Positions 51,026 through 64,000 of a DNA stretch of 64,000 nt are shown here, in pieces. Both the position numbers and the translations under genes were made by a program. Source of the DNA: Tubulanus polymorphus (lineage: Eukaryota; Animalia; Nemertea); contig NC_134031.1 in NCBI RefSeq assembly GCF_964204645.1, forward strand, positions 3,844,001 through 3,908,000, read 5' to 3'. The first letter of the stretch is position 1. Each line of letters opens with the position of its first letter. Below the pieces are notes generated by a model. The model was not told the origin of the DNA. It saw only the letters and a list, made by a program, of their open reading frames with translations, and searched no databases.

Positions 51026-52262
51026 AGCGCTCTTAACTTCCGCGCGGCCGTGAGTGGAGAGTGAAGCTATAAATAGCACATTGTAATAGCATGCTAATCA
51101 ATAGATTCACACAGCGAAGCGCTAATACTGGAAGGATTGGGTGACATTACACATTGCCAACTGCTTTTCCATTTGATGCGATAATCAAAACTACTAAACA
51201 GTAGTTTAACAAAATCAGATTAAGTTTAACGCAGCTGTAAGCCGCGATCACACGAGCATTTTTGTCCCGTGCCGAATTAAGCCAGGAACAACCATTCACA
51301 CAGGTGTCAAATAGGCGTACATTGCCAATTAGGCTGATAAAAAATATAGGACCAGGCCCGAGCCAAACTTATTGAATTGCAACTGGTTCCACAAGTGATT
51401 CACTTCGCTATGTCGTGGCCGTTTAGTATATGGTTTACATGTGAACTCGCTCCCAAGTAAGCCATGGGCCAAATTTGACTTGAGCCTGATCTGGGTTAAA
51501 TTGTCCTGCGTGATCAAAGGCTCGATGTAATTTTTTCATTTTCTATGTTGTATTATTACCCGCTAGCTGAATTTAGTTTTATATCCATATCCTCATGTGC
51601 ATGATACGCAGGCAGCGCTGGTCGCGGATTTGAAAACAAAATGTTATAAGCAAATTTTCATTGTAAGCTGAATTACGTTAATCCCATCAAACTTCGATTC
51701 AGAGATACCTACATCATCTGATAGAATCTGCCGGACAAAAAGCGGACCGGCATAGCACTAGCTTACCTTTGAGAAATATTTCAAGTCAAATAAAAAAAAA
51801 ACTGTTTTACATTCCTACGGACTGAAAAGCATTCCTTTTACAAATCGATGTGATCATTTTTTTCGAACTCAGTATAGATAGATAATGAAACAGTTCTAAC
51901 AATAAACCCAATTTACCGGAACTCCCGTATGTCGCCTCAGAGCTGGAATGTCAAATCCCGGATGTCAACTCTATACCGTGTAACTAATATTGGTCGCGTT
52001 ACAGAGCAGGCGTAAATTTACCTACAAAACATTGACTACCTCCATCTAAACACCATCGTCACTTTGTTTGAGAAAAATTTCAACTGTCATCAAGCAAAAT
52101 TAGTGAAATGATCTTTTCTATCTTAACCCATAAACATTGATCTCTAATGTAATGATTGATCTCAGTGCATCACCCCTGCCATCAGTATCCACCATACTAT
52201 GCATTATTGACCGGCTACGATGATATCTACTCGTCCTTCTCATTCACTTTCACAATTCATAC

Positions 52263-52389
52263 CTTCTATCGACAAACTGTTACTCGGACGATCGGCGATT
52301 TTTGAATGCGAACTTTCATCATCATCGCGCTGCTGCTGCTGTGTATATATCATATTCCTGCTACCGTTTTCGATCACAGACGCTTGCAT
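52263..52389 (-). CDS. Stomatin alternative first exon V1 (MQASVIENGS...NSLSIE)
   Basis: ATG to G|GTATGA, 127 nt, phase 1. Confidence 0.7.
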
Positions 52390-53830
52390 GATTACAAATC
52401 GGCGCACACACTGCCGAGCAGTGACAGTGTATCGGTTACGCCGATGCTATACATACCCATACGACGATGACGGAGAGGCAGAGAGAGTGTGAGGAGAGAG
52501 AGGCAGAGCAGAAAGAGACGTTAAGAGACCTGCCACCATCCACTCTACATGCATATTCCCGATAATGAGAGTGGATGGCGTTAACCAACGCTATTCGGAA
52601 TAACAGATTTGGAATAACGGATAGCTGGGGATGCTGCAGAAATCGATGCTAAATTTCTAGATACTGTCCATAGTTATCAGGTTTACTTTTGACTAGGAAT
52701 TAGGAATTATGAATTCACTTACGCTCCAACCCTTTCCATGGTATATAGAGCGAGACTATATACAATATTTACAAAACAACAGAAAATATAAACTCTTAAC
52801 AAAATATAACAAAGTTATTAACAATACATAGATACACTATCTAAAATATAATAATTCAATGATCTATACAAATCTAAGCCTATTTTGATGAATTTAGCTA
52901 ACCGGGTTGTTAGAGTTCAAGACTATCAAGGTTTCCAAAAGTAAAGTACAAGCTAATAAAACTAATTCATCACCTAAAATATTACAAAATGATTCTATCT
53001 AACTGAAGGTTTGATAATCTATTCGCAGGTAAAAGATAAGACTCAATCCAAAAATTTGAATTAACTGATTACTTAATCATCTGATTGTGTCATGCAACGC
53101 CCCCTGATGAACATACTCAGAAACAGATGACATTGAAACGCGGCACGAGTTACACGTCAACGTGTAACAGCTGAGCAATTTTTAGCTGAAAAGCGAAGTG
53201 AAAATACGCTTTTGCCACTCAACTATTCAATATGAAAATTCTAAAAAATAACCATATGAAATGAGATGGGAAACAGTCAGATATTTCAATACGTACGAAA
53301 ATTGCGTAAGGTTCTACCATACATGTACTTCAAACGTTGGCACTTTTACAAATTTGATCTCGTGGGCGGACTATTGTATTCGCTATGGGCTCGAATTCTA
53401 CTGTCTCAAGATGAATTAGTAGATCGCAATATGCATGACGAAATGACAAATGTAAATTCCAACAATTGTTGCCGGGCTTTTTTAGACTGAAGAAAGGTAG
53501 TTCCCCGAAATAATTCTAGTATTTTCAGATAAACTTATTAAACTCAACAGTTGTGGGATTTGACATTTCTTTTCCAAGTCTAAAATTGACGCCTAGATTT
53601 TGTTGATTTGGATGTTTTGACTACCGTATGATACAACAGTTATCAAAAGCAAACAGTTAGGATAATAAAACAGCCCGTAAACTACATAAAAATCCGATAA
53701 AATGTAAAAATTGTATCTATCCAGAACGAACTTCCTACAAAGTATTTTTTATCACGATTCAGTCGTTCTCGTGAAAAAAAGACAATCAAAACACTTCAAA
53801 AATTTAAAAAAAAAATACCAACAAACCTAC

Positions 53831-53942
53831 CATCTTCTAAATCATCTTTATTTTTTGACTTGAACGTCGTTGATGGGCCCGGATCGGCGTAGCCACCATC
53901 ATCTCGATTATTATGATAAGCGGGACCGACTTTTGATTCCAT
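53831..53942 (-). CDS. Stomatin alternative first exon V2 (MESKVGPAY...NKDDLED)
   Basis: ATG to G|GTAGGT, 112 nt, phase 1. Confidence 0.75.
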
Positions 53943-56568
53943 GTCGATGAATTCGCGATCACGACAACGATATCCTCAAAAATACGACGCGGTTTTTTAA
54001 ATATTCTATCGCTCTTTCCGAACGCCAATGCTCGTCCCCGAGACCGACCGACGAGGAGCTCCGTCGTTACACTAACTATATAAAACAACAGGGAACTCCA
54101 TATATGTATAATTCTAATTATCCAATGAGGCTTTAATCCACGTAGGTACAAATGATACACAACCTGTTGTGGTCATTATTACCTCTACATCATCAATTAT
54201 CATACACAACAATAGCGCACTGTATCATCAACTGCTGGTTACCAGCAATCAATGGAATAGTTTGTGCATAGCTTAACAGTGGTGTCGCAATAATGCGCAG
54301 ACCGTATCCGTTGTGGTGCTGTAACCAGTATGGACATCTATATACTCGCGTGCCATATTTTCTAAAAGATGGATTCATCAAGCGGAATGAGCTCGATGAG
54401 AGAAAAGATAAATTAGGGGCCATCCGATGAAGTTTGTGCCTAAGAAGATTTGTACGGAAGTCTATGAAAAAGCTTGGGAAGGAGGAGAGGTCGATGGACC
54501 TAGAGACTTAGTCGAACTGGACCAAGACCCACCCCCCACCCCCCCCACCGGGGCTGGCTGAGGGACAGTGTGTACTAATAATGATAATATATAAGTGTAG
54601 TTTAAGTATATTACGAAAAAGTTTATGTTTGCTTATGGAGAAAGGTGAGGTTGATGGACATTGAGACTACATTGAGAAAATCACAGAAATTACAAACAGT
54701 TTGGGGAATGAACATGAGCCCCCTCCCTAGACCAGGCTGGGGACAGCGTACTAATTTATCAAGTAGGATTGTCTTTATTTTTATGAACTCTAAATAAACA
54801 CATCACACATTTGTGCTTGAATATAATCTAAAATTCAGAATTACGCCACAGGATTTTTCGAAAGTTGAAATGAGATCATATTCAAAAAATAAAACGTTCG
54901 TTTGATGAAGGCATCATTTGAAGGTTTGTATCGGAAAGTCTAAATCGCGAACGGAACATACAGCAGTATGAAAAATGTCTAATGAAAACATACTGAACTT
55001 TTAAAACATTTATTACTACCGGTACGCAACTGGAATGTCTTACGGAAATTGCATCTAAACATTTCATGTTAGATCGGTCGAGTTTTAAATGTCCCTAATC
55101 CCCACAAGGAAAAATAAATATGCGCCATTTTGTTAGCAAGTTATCTGCAGATTTCAGATATAAGATTTTTCTGAACGTTGAATGCAATAAATAACCATAT
55201 TGTTGTTCTCATAATCTATAATGAATGACTCAATGGAATACCAGGGATGCCCATACATCTACATACTTGCGTGCCATATTTTCTAAAAGATTGATTCATC
55301 AAGCGGAATGAGCTTGATGAGAGATGAAGAGAAATTAGGGGCAATTCGATGAAGTTTGATACTTAATAAATGCAACATCAGATGAGAATACAGAACTAAT
55401 AGTGACCACACCCGATTAAACATCAGTACTTGACACAAGACTTACGTTTCTACTAATCAAACTCCAGACACCCATCAAGATCTGCATGGGTGAGTTGGGT
55501 GTAACTATGATAGGTTATGAAATTTATAATACGCGCTCGAGAAAGCAGCTTCTTAAACCTAGTTCTGTGAAATATTCATATTCAGTGCACATAATTTAGC
55601 AAACAATTCCAGACAATTTTAAATAAACCTTTTTCAAATTTTTGATAACAAAAACTGCGCAAAGAAATTCAGAAACGCGAGAAAACAAACACTACCACCA
55701 TAAAATGAAAATTTTGCTAAATACTTTTATTCGCACCGGCACCAAAACAAAAACAAAAACGTTCCTTCTAATTTCCCCACCAAAACATATATCAACGCAA
55801 CGAAACAAATATTGAGGGTGAGAAAACAAAAATTTGTTTTCTCAAAATAAAATTTTTTTTTGCGGTCAAAAAAATCCGGCATGGCCCGAATGAGCCACCA
55901 TAAATAATCAATTGTCTATGGAAATATTTGGCTTTGCAGGTTTAACCAAGCATTGACAATGGGAATGTCCTTAACATAAATGAATTGACATACTTTATAG
56001 GATCATAAACTTAACTAAGCTTCCTTTATTTTCAATGACTAGGTTCGTACATCAATATAATTTAGGTTCCTGCTTATAATAATGAAAGCAAATTTTTCTC
56101 TTTCAAAACTTAACGATTCCACATGGAAGTAATCTATTTTCTCCCTCCCCTGAGCATAAAAGGACAGTTCTGCCGAGACTATATAACATATAAATAATTT
56201 ACTGATTTTATGTAACGAGCTATGAATGAATAAACTAGGTTTAGCCGAATGAATGCCTCTTGAATATAGGACAAACTGTATCAGTTTGCTTTAGTTGTTC
56301 TTAGTTCCGATAGCTGAACGAGAAATCGATAACGACAGAACTGTTTATTCATTTGTCCGCGAGATAACATATGATTCGATTGATCGACCGACCGATCGTA
56401 ACAATGATCATCGTCGCCGTATCAACATCCATTTATTATTCGCGCGACGACGAATAAAATACGTACGTAAGGAAAGTAAGGAAAATCGATTTCGTTTCGG
56501 ATAACGATTAGATCAGGTCACGAAAATAGTTCACAGACGCGAAACCAATAGATATCCAAATGACAATA

Positions 56569-56766
56569 CAGTCAACCCCCGATATACCACTTACATCGGT
56601 GCAGAACGATTTTGGCGGTATACAAAGTGTGGCTGTATATCGGGGGTATTTTTGCTACGTATTTGTATAGATTTGCTACGTATTTGTATAGAGATGTATG
56701 TTGAGAAAACCTGGCGGTAGGCGGCAGTGGCGGTATATGGAAGGGCGGTATATCGGGGGTTGACTG
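56569..56766. mobile_element. Tc1/mariner-type MITE
   Basis: Perfect TIR CAGTCAACCCCCGATATACC, flanked by TA on both sides. Confidence 0.85.
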
Positions 56767-57628
56767 TATATAGGCATATAGGCTCTACTACTTGAGGCAG
56801 ATCCATTTGAATTGGATATCTATTAAACAACAACATTTTCAATGCCATATTTGAAGTCATCAGTGGAGATATTCATATCTTTAATCTCTTATTTATTTGA
56901 CTGGTAATTATCAAAACTGTTGCGATTAGATTTCGTTTCGATTCGTTTTGATTACGAACCCACCACACCTGCCGGGTACGAAACGGAGCGCTAGATTTGG
57001 AAATCGGAAACCGAAGTACAAAATCTATATTCTTGACCCAAAAAAAGGATCAGACACCTTGCACTGAATTTCATGATTCCCTTTTAGGAACATGCCACCC
57101 CCTCCACCCAACAAGTGATGAATTCTGGTAACGCCAACAAATTACTAGTACTGAATAGATATTACACTGATAATTATAAGGATTTGTAGGAGCTTACATA
57201 CTGCATGTATGGCGTATACAACAATGATCCCGATAAAGAATTGGCAAAATATTTGTCGTTATTATTGATTTTCCGTTTATGCAATAACACGAACAGGATA
57301 TTTCTATTTGAGTTCGGAGCGTATCAATACACCACCCGTGTGGAGGCATCGGTACTACCACTCCGCCTACCTGTACCAAAACTAAACCCACTTCTTGCCC
57401 TAACAAAGGAACATAATTTCTGAACGCTCCCCTACAATTCCTATATACTACAAAGAGAAAGCCTTACTTCGAGATGCATCGTCGATGTGATCTCCCGTAT
57501 AATGAGAAGTCGAAGTGGAAGTCTTCACTGGTTACTCCTGTACCAAAATCTAAACCCAACTCCCTCCCCTAACAGTTCCGAACGCCCTCTAACATGAATT
57601 CAAATATACTACGAATAGAAAGCCTTAC

Positions 57629-57740
57629 TTCGAGTTGCATCGTCGATGTGATCTCCCGTATAATGAGAAGTTGAAGTAGAAGGCTTCACTGGGTTCCCTT
57701 GCTTATCCATCGGGTAAATACGTTCTCTACTGTCTGACAT
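57629..57740 (-). CDS. Stomatin alternative first exon V3 (MSDSRERIYP...HIDDATR)
   Basis: ATG to A|GTAAGG, 112 nt, phase 1. Confidence 0.75.
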
Positions 57741-58124
57741 GACGCACTAAAATTGCCGGTGCTCGAATATCACACTCTATTCGTACGCTATTTACGACCT
57801 GTTTACCGGCAGCCCTTAGCGCGTTATCTGTCATATGACTTTTAATCATATGCAAATGCGTCGTTATGCTGCATATTTCAATCGAACACACGTAAAATCA
57901 TTTAGCATGAAGGCAAACTAATACCATGAATAACGGTCGGTTTATTTTTGTTTCTGCGTGTGATCAACACGACTGAACACTCTGATTGGCTACGCGTCTG
58001 TCACTACATATCCTGTTTTAGTCCTGTATAGAATAGCAATAGGCCGTTGATATATACCGGTTATGCAATTTGTCAGAAAACCGAAAAAATATATGGAGGC
58101 AAATAACAATTGTCGTTCACTTAC

Positions 58125-58224
58125 ATTTCAATAGGTCATCGTCCTTATTATCATCGAGCATTAATACATCGTCACGGCCAGAATTGACCGCCGTTAAGCC
58201 GAAATCTGCATCCGTATTTTCCAT
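58125..58224 (-). CDS. Stomatin alternative first exon V4 (MENTDADFG...KDDDLLK)
   Basis: ATG to T|GTAAGT, 100 nt, phase 1. Confidence 0.75.
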
Positions 58225-58576
58225 AGTCTCCTTAAAATTCTGGAGTTTACTTCCTTTACTCTTTAAGACTTTACGTCGCGTTTTTAAACTTATCTTACAT
58301 ATCACATGACTAGGGTAGCATATTTCGATTGAAGTCGATGACTTATCTACAGTTTGATTTCGCTTTTTTTTAACCTGACACTACAGTGCTTGCAACACAA
58401 TCTAAGTGTGGACCAGCTCACAAAGCTGAGTTTTCAGGTTAGTTTTCGCGTGGTTACCCCCTTATCCCGGAAAGGTAGATCCGATTTTTTCGGGACGCTA
58501 TAGGCGTATAGGCGGGTGCACCGGCAACTAGTGAAGCCCCTCGATCTGACCCTGCCGCATACTTTACAGCATCTAA

Positions 58577-59041
58577 AGCCTAGCGCACATCGACACTGCG
58601 ATTGGAGACAACTAGTTGCCAGGTAGTTTTCGGCGCATGAGAGCAACTGGCTGGATACAATCAGTTGCTCGAATTTGTCGATGTGAGCGAGCTTACGACT
58701 GGTTAGCGTCCATCTATCTCCAGTTCCACCCAGTTGCTCATGTTCTACTTTTGAGCAACTAGTTGTACTCAGTTGCTCTCATATCCGTCGATGTGAGCGC
58801 TCCATATTCAAAAACACATGGTTGTAACTGACTAAAACAAAGCGATTTGTCACGTGACTTGTGATACCCTCAAGAATATTTGCTAAACCACATCTCAGTT
58901 GCTGTCGATGTGTGCGCTATGGACCTAGCGACTGGCATGAGCCACGCAGTTGCTGGTTTTTACTAAATTTTCGATGTGCGCGGGGTACTCGCTCACTAAC
59001 AACTAGTTGTCTCCAGTCGCTTTGTCGATGTGCGCTAGGCT
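58577..59041. mobile_element. PIF/Harbinger-type MITE
   Basis: About 42-bp TIR AGCCTAGCGCACATCGACA..., TAA target duplication (58574-58576, 59042-59044), repeated internal TCGATGTGNGCG motif. Confidence 0.85.
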
Positions 59042-59356
59042 TAACTCATCAGTTGTCTCTCCAGAATACCGATGATACTTGTTAGAGGATTGCCATCGAT
59101 TCGATCAATAACACCAAGCACGGATCTATAGGCATGGACATATTTCTATTCCACGCTGTATATTTCATCTGTGCGCGTGCTAGAACAAAAACCCCTCCAG
59201 ATTAAGAAGCAATGAACGAGTCCCAGAGTCAATCTCAAGAGGTAAAGAAATACCAAAGAACAGTCAGTCGAAGATCAAAGATTTGAACCGATGAACCCAT
59301 AATCGATGGCCGACGAGTGACCGCTTGACTACTGGTTAAAAAACGTTTTTACTCAC

Positions 59357-59414
59357 ATTTCTGCAGATCGTCATAATTGCTTTTTGAGTTCGACACAATA
59401 TTTGACATTTCCAT
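59357..59414 (-). CDS. Stomatin alternative first exon V5 (MEMSNIVSNSKSNYDDLQK)
   Basis: ATG to T|GTGAGT, 58 nt, phase 1. Confidence 0.7.
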
Positions 59415-60313
59415 GATGATTTGATTCGATGTATCGAGAACATAGATCTACGTTATATTCAACATTTGCCGAACAGAACTTCCTGTTCATTTTTTATCGT
59501 TATATGATTTCATTCCTTTAATCTTCAATTCAGTTTTAGGACATGAATTAATACATGTCAACAAATAAATCAATATCAATGGGCACAATTTAATTCATTT
59601 AATCTCCATATCAGTCCTATGATACATTTAATGAGTCGTTAAATGTCTGAAATAAATCAATATCAATGGGCATTGAAATGGGTTTTTCTGTGGCATCTGG
59701 GATTCCTCCCGGAGAAGACAGGTTCCCTTTTGTAGTTAACGCTTCAAATTCGCTTACGAGAAATCAAAATTTATCCCCACGCATATTTGATAAGTGTAAG
59801 AGACGATTTAGGCAATAATAAATATATTTCGTCATGATTTACCGGTATTTAGAAATGCTTGTAAAACTTTAACGCATAAGCATCTGCCAACATACGCATG
59901 ATCAGCCATGAATCCTGGTTATCGAATTCAAATTCTAAAGCAATCAAATCAGAATTTAGCTAAACAGATTTTGTCGAATTCAAATATGCGATCAGAAGAT
60001 TTTGCAAGATCAAAACTCAACATTTCGATTCCGTTTTCCATTTAAGCCGCTTTAGGGCTCCTAATGAAGGGTCCAGATGTCTCATGCGTGGAACTACCTT
60101 TCGAAAGGAGACAATCATACATTTCTACTCATTCAGACTATCAAAATATTACGACTTAGGTGATTTTCCTAATTGAGAAAATCTTTTCTCTGAACATTTC
60201 CTTTAAATTAAGCATCTATCCAACTTATGGATACTGACTGAGAAATCGGCGACTGGTTGCCGACTCCTTACGACGCTCGGTTGGACCTTACGCGACCCGA
60301 ATCAGGCTTTAAC

Positions 60314-60592
60314 CCTTTCAGTGCTGACTAATTAATACCCTATAGTGCTGGAGATAATTTGAAAATTTTTAAAAATTCCACTCTAGTGTGTTGAATAACG
60401 GGAATACCACTATAATGGATCTACACCACGGCGCGGTGTATCATTAGTTACTAGTATTTCACTATGTCTGACAAGTGCTGCCATCTTTCAAGGGAGATAA
60501 TTACTAATTACATTAATACACATAGTGCGGTGTACTAGCAAAATCTATCACTGATTTATACACCGCACTGCGGTGTAGATGCACTGAAAGGG
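60314..60592. mobile_element. piggyBac-type MITE
   Basis: TTAA-CCCTTTCAGTGC ... GCACTGAAAGGG-ATAA. Confidence 0.75.
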
Positions 60593-60718
60593 ATAAGCCG
60601 ATAGCCAAACACAGCAAGAAACAACAACGAAACGCGAAAAACATTAGTGTTTCAACGATTCATTCGGCCGCCAAATTTTACAAAATGAGAGGACAACGTT
60701 ATACACATTATAGCCTAC

Positions 60719-60842
60719 CATCGTGAGCGTCGTCTACGGCTCGTTTGCCGTCGGCGGACGCGCGTTGGCGCGATAAATCAGCCGTCGGAGCGCCTCCGTT
60801 CACCGCGCTCGCGTCCGGAACGTTCGAATCGGTTTCGCTCAT
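60719..60842 (-). CDS. Stomatin alternative first exon V6 (MSETDSNVP...AVDDAHD)
   Basis: ATG to G|GTAGGC, 124 nt, phase 1. TATA-like TTATATAA at about 60907-60914. Confidence 0.75.
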
Positions 60843-62095
60843 CTTTAATCTAAGGTGTTTTACTCGCCGGAATAACGAACGACGATCTCGTCTCACGTAC
60901 AACGCGTTATATAATGGTGTCTAGCGAGAGCGCGTGCGATGTGAACTCAAGGATGTTCGGTACCAGAGGCAGCTGCGACTGATTCTACGGTGATCTGGGT
61001 GTGGTGTCGTATATACGCGCCCCACCCCTTTTCAATTACGCCCGCCGGCAATTAAAGCGAGCAGAAACACGAACGATCAATCGCTCGAGTCTCGAAATCG
61101 ACAATTCATCTATTATGACGGTTTTCCATTTAAATTTTAAATATTAATTGCAAAATTATTATTATTACCATTTTTACGTTCTCTGTCTCCCACGAGAGAG
61201 AGTTGTCTAATCATGTACGAGGCCAGTTAGCAGCAGTAGCAGCGACGGCGGTGACGTGCCTCGTTTGAAATTTTCAACTGCCACGCCCGGTTAAAATTAG
61301 AAAATTACCTCATTTCATAAATTTCGTCTCAGCCTACTGAATATGCAACAAAAATATTTACTTATCGGCTTATTTCTTTTAAAGAACGCATACGCCCTCC
61401 AGTTACAGCTCTGAGGGCCCAGAGAAAGGGGGGCGGGGGTTTGTCTTCCTCAAATATGTGAATTTTCAATTAACATGTAATTGATCATTATTATTTTTTT
61501 GACGCTGTATAAACTGTTATAATAATCTTCATATACATTTATTACTACGTGTTATTTAAGGGAGTTTGGTGTGAGGCGATGTGCACTTCATCAAGATTGG
61601 CTAACATAACTTTAATGATCCTTCATATCATATAATTTATATCATAATAATTATCGTCAACAATATTAAGCAATATATGTATTATTTTTGAGGCGTCAAC
61701 AAACTTTCAAGTTAGTTTTTTTGTTTATATATATTTATATATATAGTTATGTTTATATATTTGAGAAATAAATAAATCAATCGATCAATCAATTCATTGA
61801 TTCATTCATTGTTGTTATAACTAGTTGTTATAACCGAAGTGTTTTTAACGAATGAAGTTCAACTGTATCATCAGGGAGAGAGGTATCCTCCCCATCATCT
61901 AAATAAAAGTGAAATAGCCCTGGCAATAATGGCCCACGTAACTTTCGAGCCCACCACTACCAATTTTCTAACATGAAAAAACCCTAAAATAAACTGTACT
62001 TCTTATTTCGATCAAAATCAGGCCATTCAGACTATTAAATATTTTTCTGTCGATTAAGCGCTTGGTTAAAAAAACCTAAAACAGTTAAGACGTAC

Positions 62096-62318
62096 TATCA
62101 GCCGCGTCGTCTTTATGGCGTGGTCTTTCGTTGGTTGACTCGTATTCCGGAGGAGGCTGTTGCGGGGGAGGCCGCTTCGGAGGATCCGCGTCCGAATTCG
62201 CTGATGTTTCGGGTCGACCCGACGAATTCGTATTCAAATCGGTACGCTGTCTCCATTGACCCGGCGTCTCGTAATGGGCGGGATTACCCGCCGTCCCGTC
62301 TGGTTGAAACTGTTCCAT
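62096..62318 (-). CDS. Stomatin alternative first coding exon V7 (MEQFQPDG...PPPEY...HKDDAAD)
   Basis: ATG to A|GTACGT, 223 nt, phase 1. Strong acceptor at 62379-62380 and a candidate upstream non-coding exon donor at 63325-63329. Confidence 0.75.
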
Positions 62319-62444
62319 GTCTTCGTGTCCGATCTTATGTCCGTACATTTAACGCGATGACGATAACTAGTCCCAGATCTACGGTGGAAAATGAAAAAAA
62401 AGAAAGAAATAGACATTCGTTACCCGTCTGACGCGCGAATCAAT

Positions 62445-62725
62445 AGCAGCGATCACACGGAGACGATTTTGCCCGGGCAAACTTGGCACGGATCAGGCTC
62501 GGGCCAAATTTGGCCCGCGCCTAATTAGAGAGCGCATTCACACGCAAACCATTCCCTCGATACTCAGCAATGCTAAAACAAAGCGAAGTGGATCATTTCC
62601 GGTGCCAGTCAAACGCAATCATTTGTCTGGTGCTAAAATTTGGCTTGGGCCCATTTGGCACCCGTGTGAACATTTGTTCCGGGCCAAATTTGGCCTGGGC
62701 CAAAAACGCTTGTGTGATCGCGGCT
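62445..62725. mobile_element. Harbinger-type MITE, with an older inverted copy at about 51240-51518
   Basis: TIR AGC(A/C)GCGATCACAC, 3-bp AAT duplication, internal GGGCCAAATTTGGC motifs. Confidence 0.75.
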
Positions 62726-64000
62726 AATATTAATAGCATCATGCGACTATCCACTGACTAGATTTTCAGACAAGTCTACGAAATGGAATATGTTCTTAGA
62801 AGCCTGATACAAAATAAGCCATCTTCGCATGAGTTCCGGTGGAGAAAAATTTTCAAGGCCTTCGCCCAGAGTGGTCTCCAAAATTGCAATGTCGTGTTAT
62901 TTGTTTTTGATTGATTAATGATTAATTTCTTCAAAAATCTTTTGATTTTTATTTTCTGAACTTATCATCGATCCTCCACGTCGTGTCTGAAGTGGAGCTA
63001 TTCTACCAATGTCCCAGCTATTCGAGTAGGTGAAAAAATAAACAATTCATTTACAAGTTATTATAAAAAACAGTTATTATTCATCATAATATTTTATGCC
63101 ACAATTAGACCCTATTAACGAATTATTTCAATTCTACTATTTCCAAAAATGATCGGTTGCTAGGGTGTTAGGTAGATAAATGAAAGGTAATCTTACTACA
63201 CAAAATCTTTTCAAGCCAATTAAAGACTTAGGTATTTGAAAATGAAAATTTTCTAAAGAATCAAAAATTTCGAAAAACAAATCTAAGCGCGACTTTGGAA
63301 ATATTCACTAATTTCAAAGATAGCCTTACCAGTTGAGGTGATCGATTCCCCGCGCAGAATGAGTATAGAAGTATACTGCGAGTGCACGTATTCAAACCGG
63401 CAAACCAGTTGGCATTACCAGTACGTAGTATAAAAACATATACACAGCGCAATGGGACATTGTGTGACGACTGAGCTAGACAACAGCACCGTCACAATAC
63501 GACAGAATAAGCGTCCGAGTCCAATCATAATGCCATTAGAACGAAATAATGCGTATTTATTGATATTCATTATGTTGGCGTTGGTTTTGGTTGATTGAAT
63601 TTTAAAAACCGGGTTGCCATTAGCGTCGCTAAAAACAAGAAATCTAATTTGAACTATTTACTGGTTCGAGTTCTACTTATAAATACGAAGAATACACTAG
63701 GGCTAAAAAAGGATACAAATATTATAGCACCTTCTTTATGAACTCGAATCGCTATTGAGTGATTTTAGACTTATATAATATATATATATATCTTTCATTC
63801 AGGTCAAATCCTATGATTAATGGAAATATCATAAACAGTAAAAACTCTCTGTATAGTGAACGCCAGTGGTACCGAGCTAAAAGTGTTTACTATTCTGTGT
63901 GTTCACTGTTCACTACTATAGGGAGGTACTGATGTATGTTTTTTAGATATAGCTTTCCATAGCCATAGCTTTTCCTAGGCCAGGAAAAAATTCATATGGA

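Noticed and set aside
52722-52738. Eighth stomatin first exon (ATG GAA AGG GTT GGA GC|GTAAGT)
   Set aside because: Phase 2, incompatible with the phase-1 constant exon. Similar candidates at about 55446 and 57198 are phase 0.
53104-53140. CTGATGA...GAAAC hammerhead candidate
   Set aside because: No convincing helix I or II pairing.
134-64000. Most remaining short ORFs in the six-frame track
   Set aside because: They are antisense or off-frame shadows of real exons, intron read-through or repeat-derived, many with non-ATG starts and no recognisable motifs.

Overview
AT-rich, intron-rich animal (invertebrate-looking) genomic DNA; the species cannot be determined from sequence alone. Four multi-exon host genes were reconstructed by hand from GT-AG boundaries: carnitine O-acetyltransferase (CRAT, minus), head-to-head with PTPA/PPP2R4 (plus); a receptor guanylyl cyclase (plus); and a stomatin/band-7 gene (minus). 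There is also a spliced THAP + dead-DDE transposase-derived gene (plus). Main unexpected observations: (1) the stomatin gene has at least seven ATG-started, phase-1 alternative first coding exons over about 10 kb, six ending in DDxxx, all able to splice to one constant region; (2) CRAT has two tandem 101-nt, apparently mutually exclusive exons, each encoding the catalytic histidine; (3) a small spliced gene missing from the ORF track encodes a 53-aa prepro-peptide (signal peptide, RSIRR site, GSRPCDIDICS) and lies divergent from the receptor guanylyl cyclase; (4) several minimal hammerhead ribozymes sit in Penelope-like inverted-repeat insertions. Also present: a CEP290-like C-terminal fragment, a tRNA-like 70-bp tandem array, nested satellites, inverted duplications and many MITEs. 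Homology calls come from recalled motifs, not database searches.
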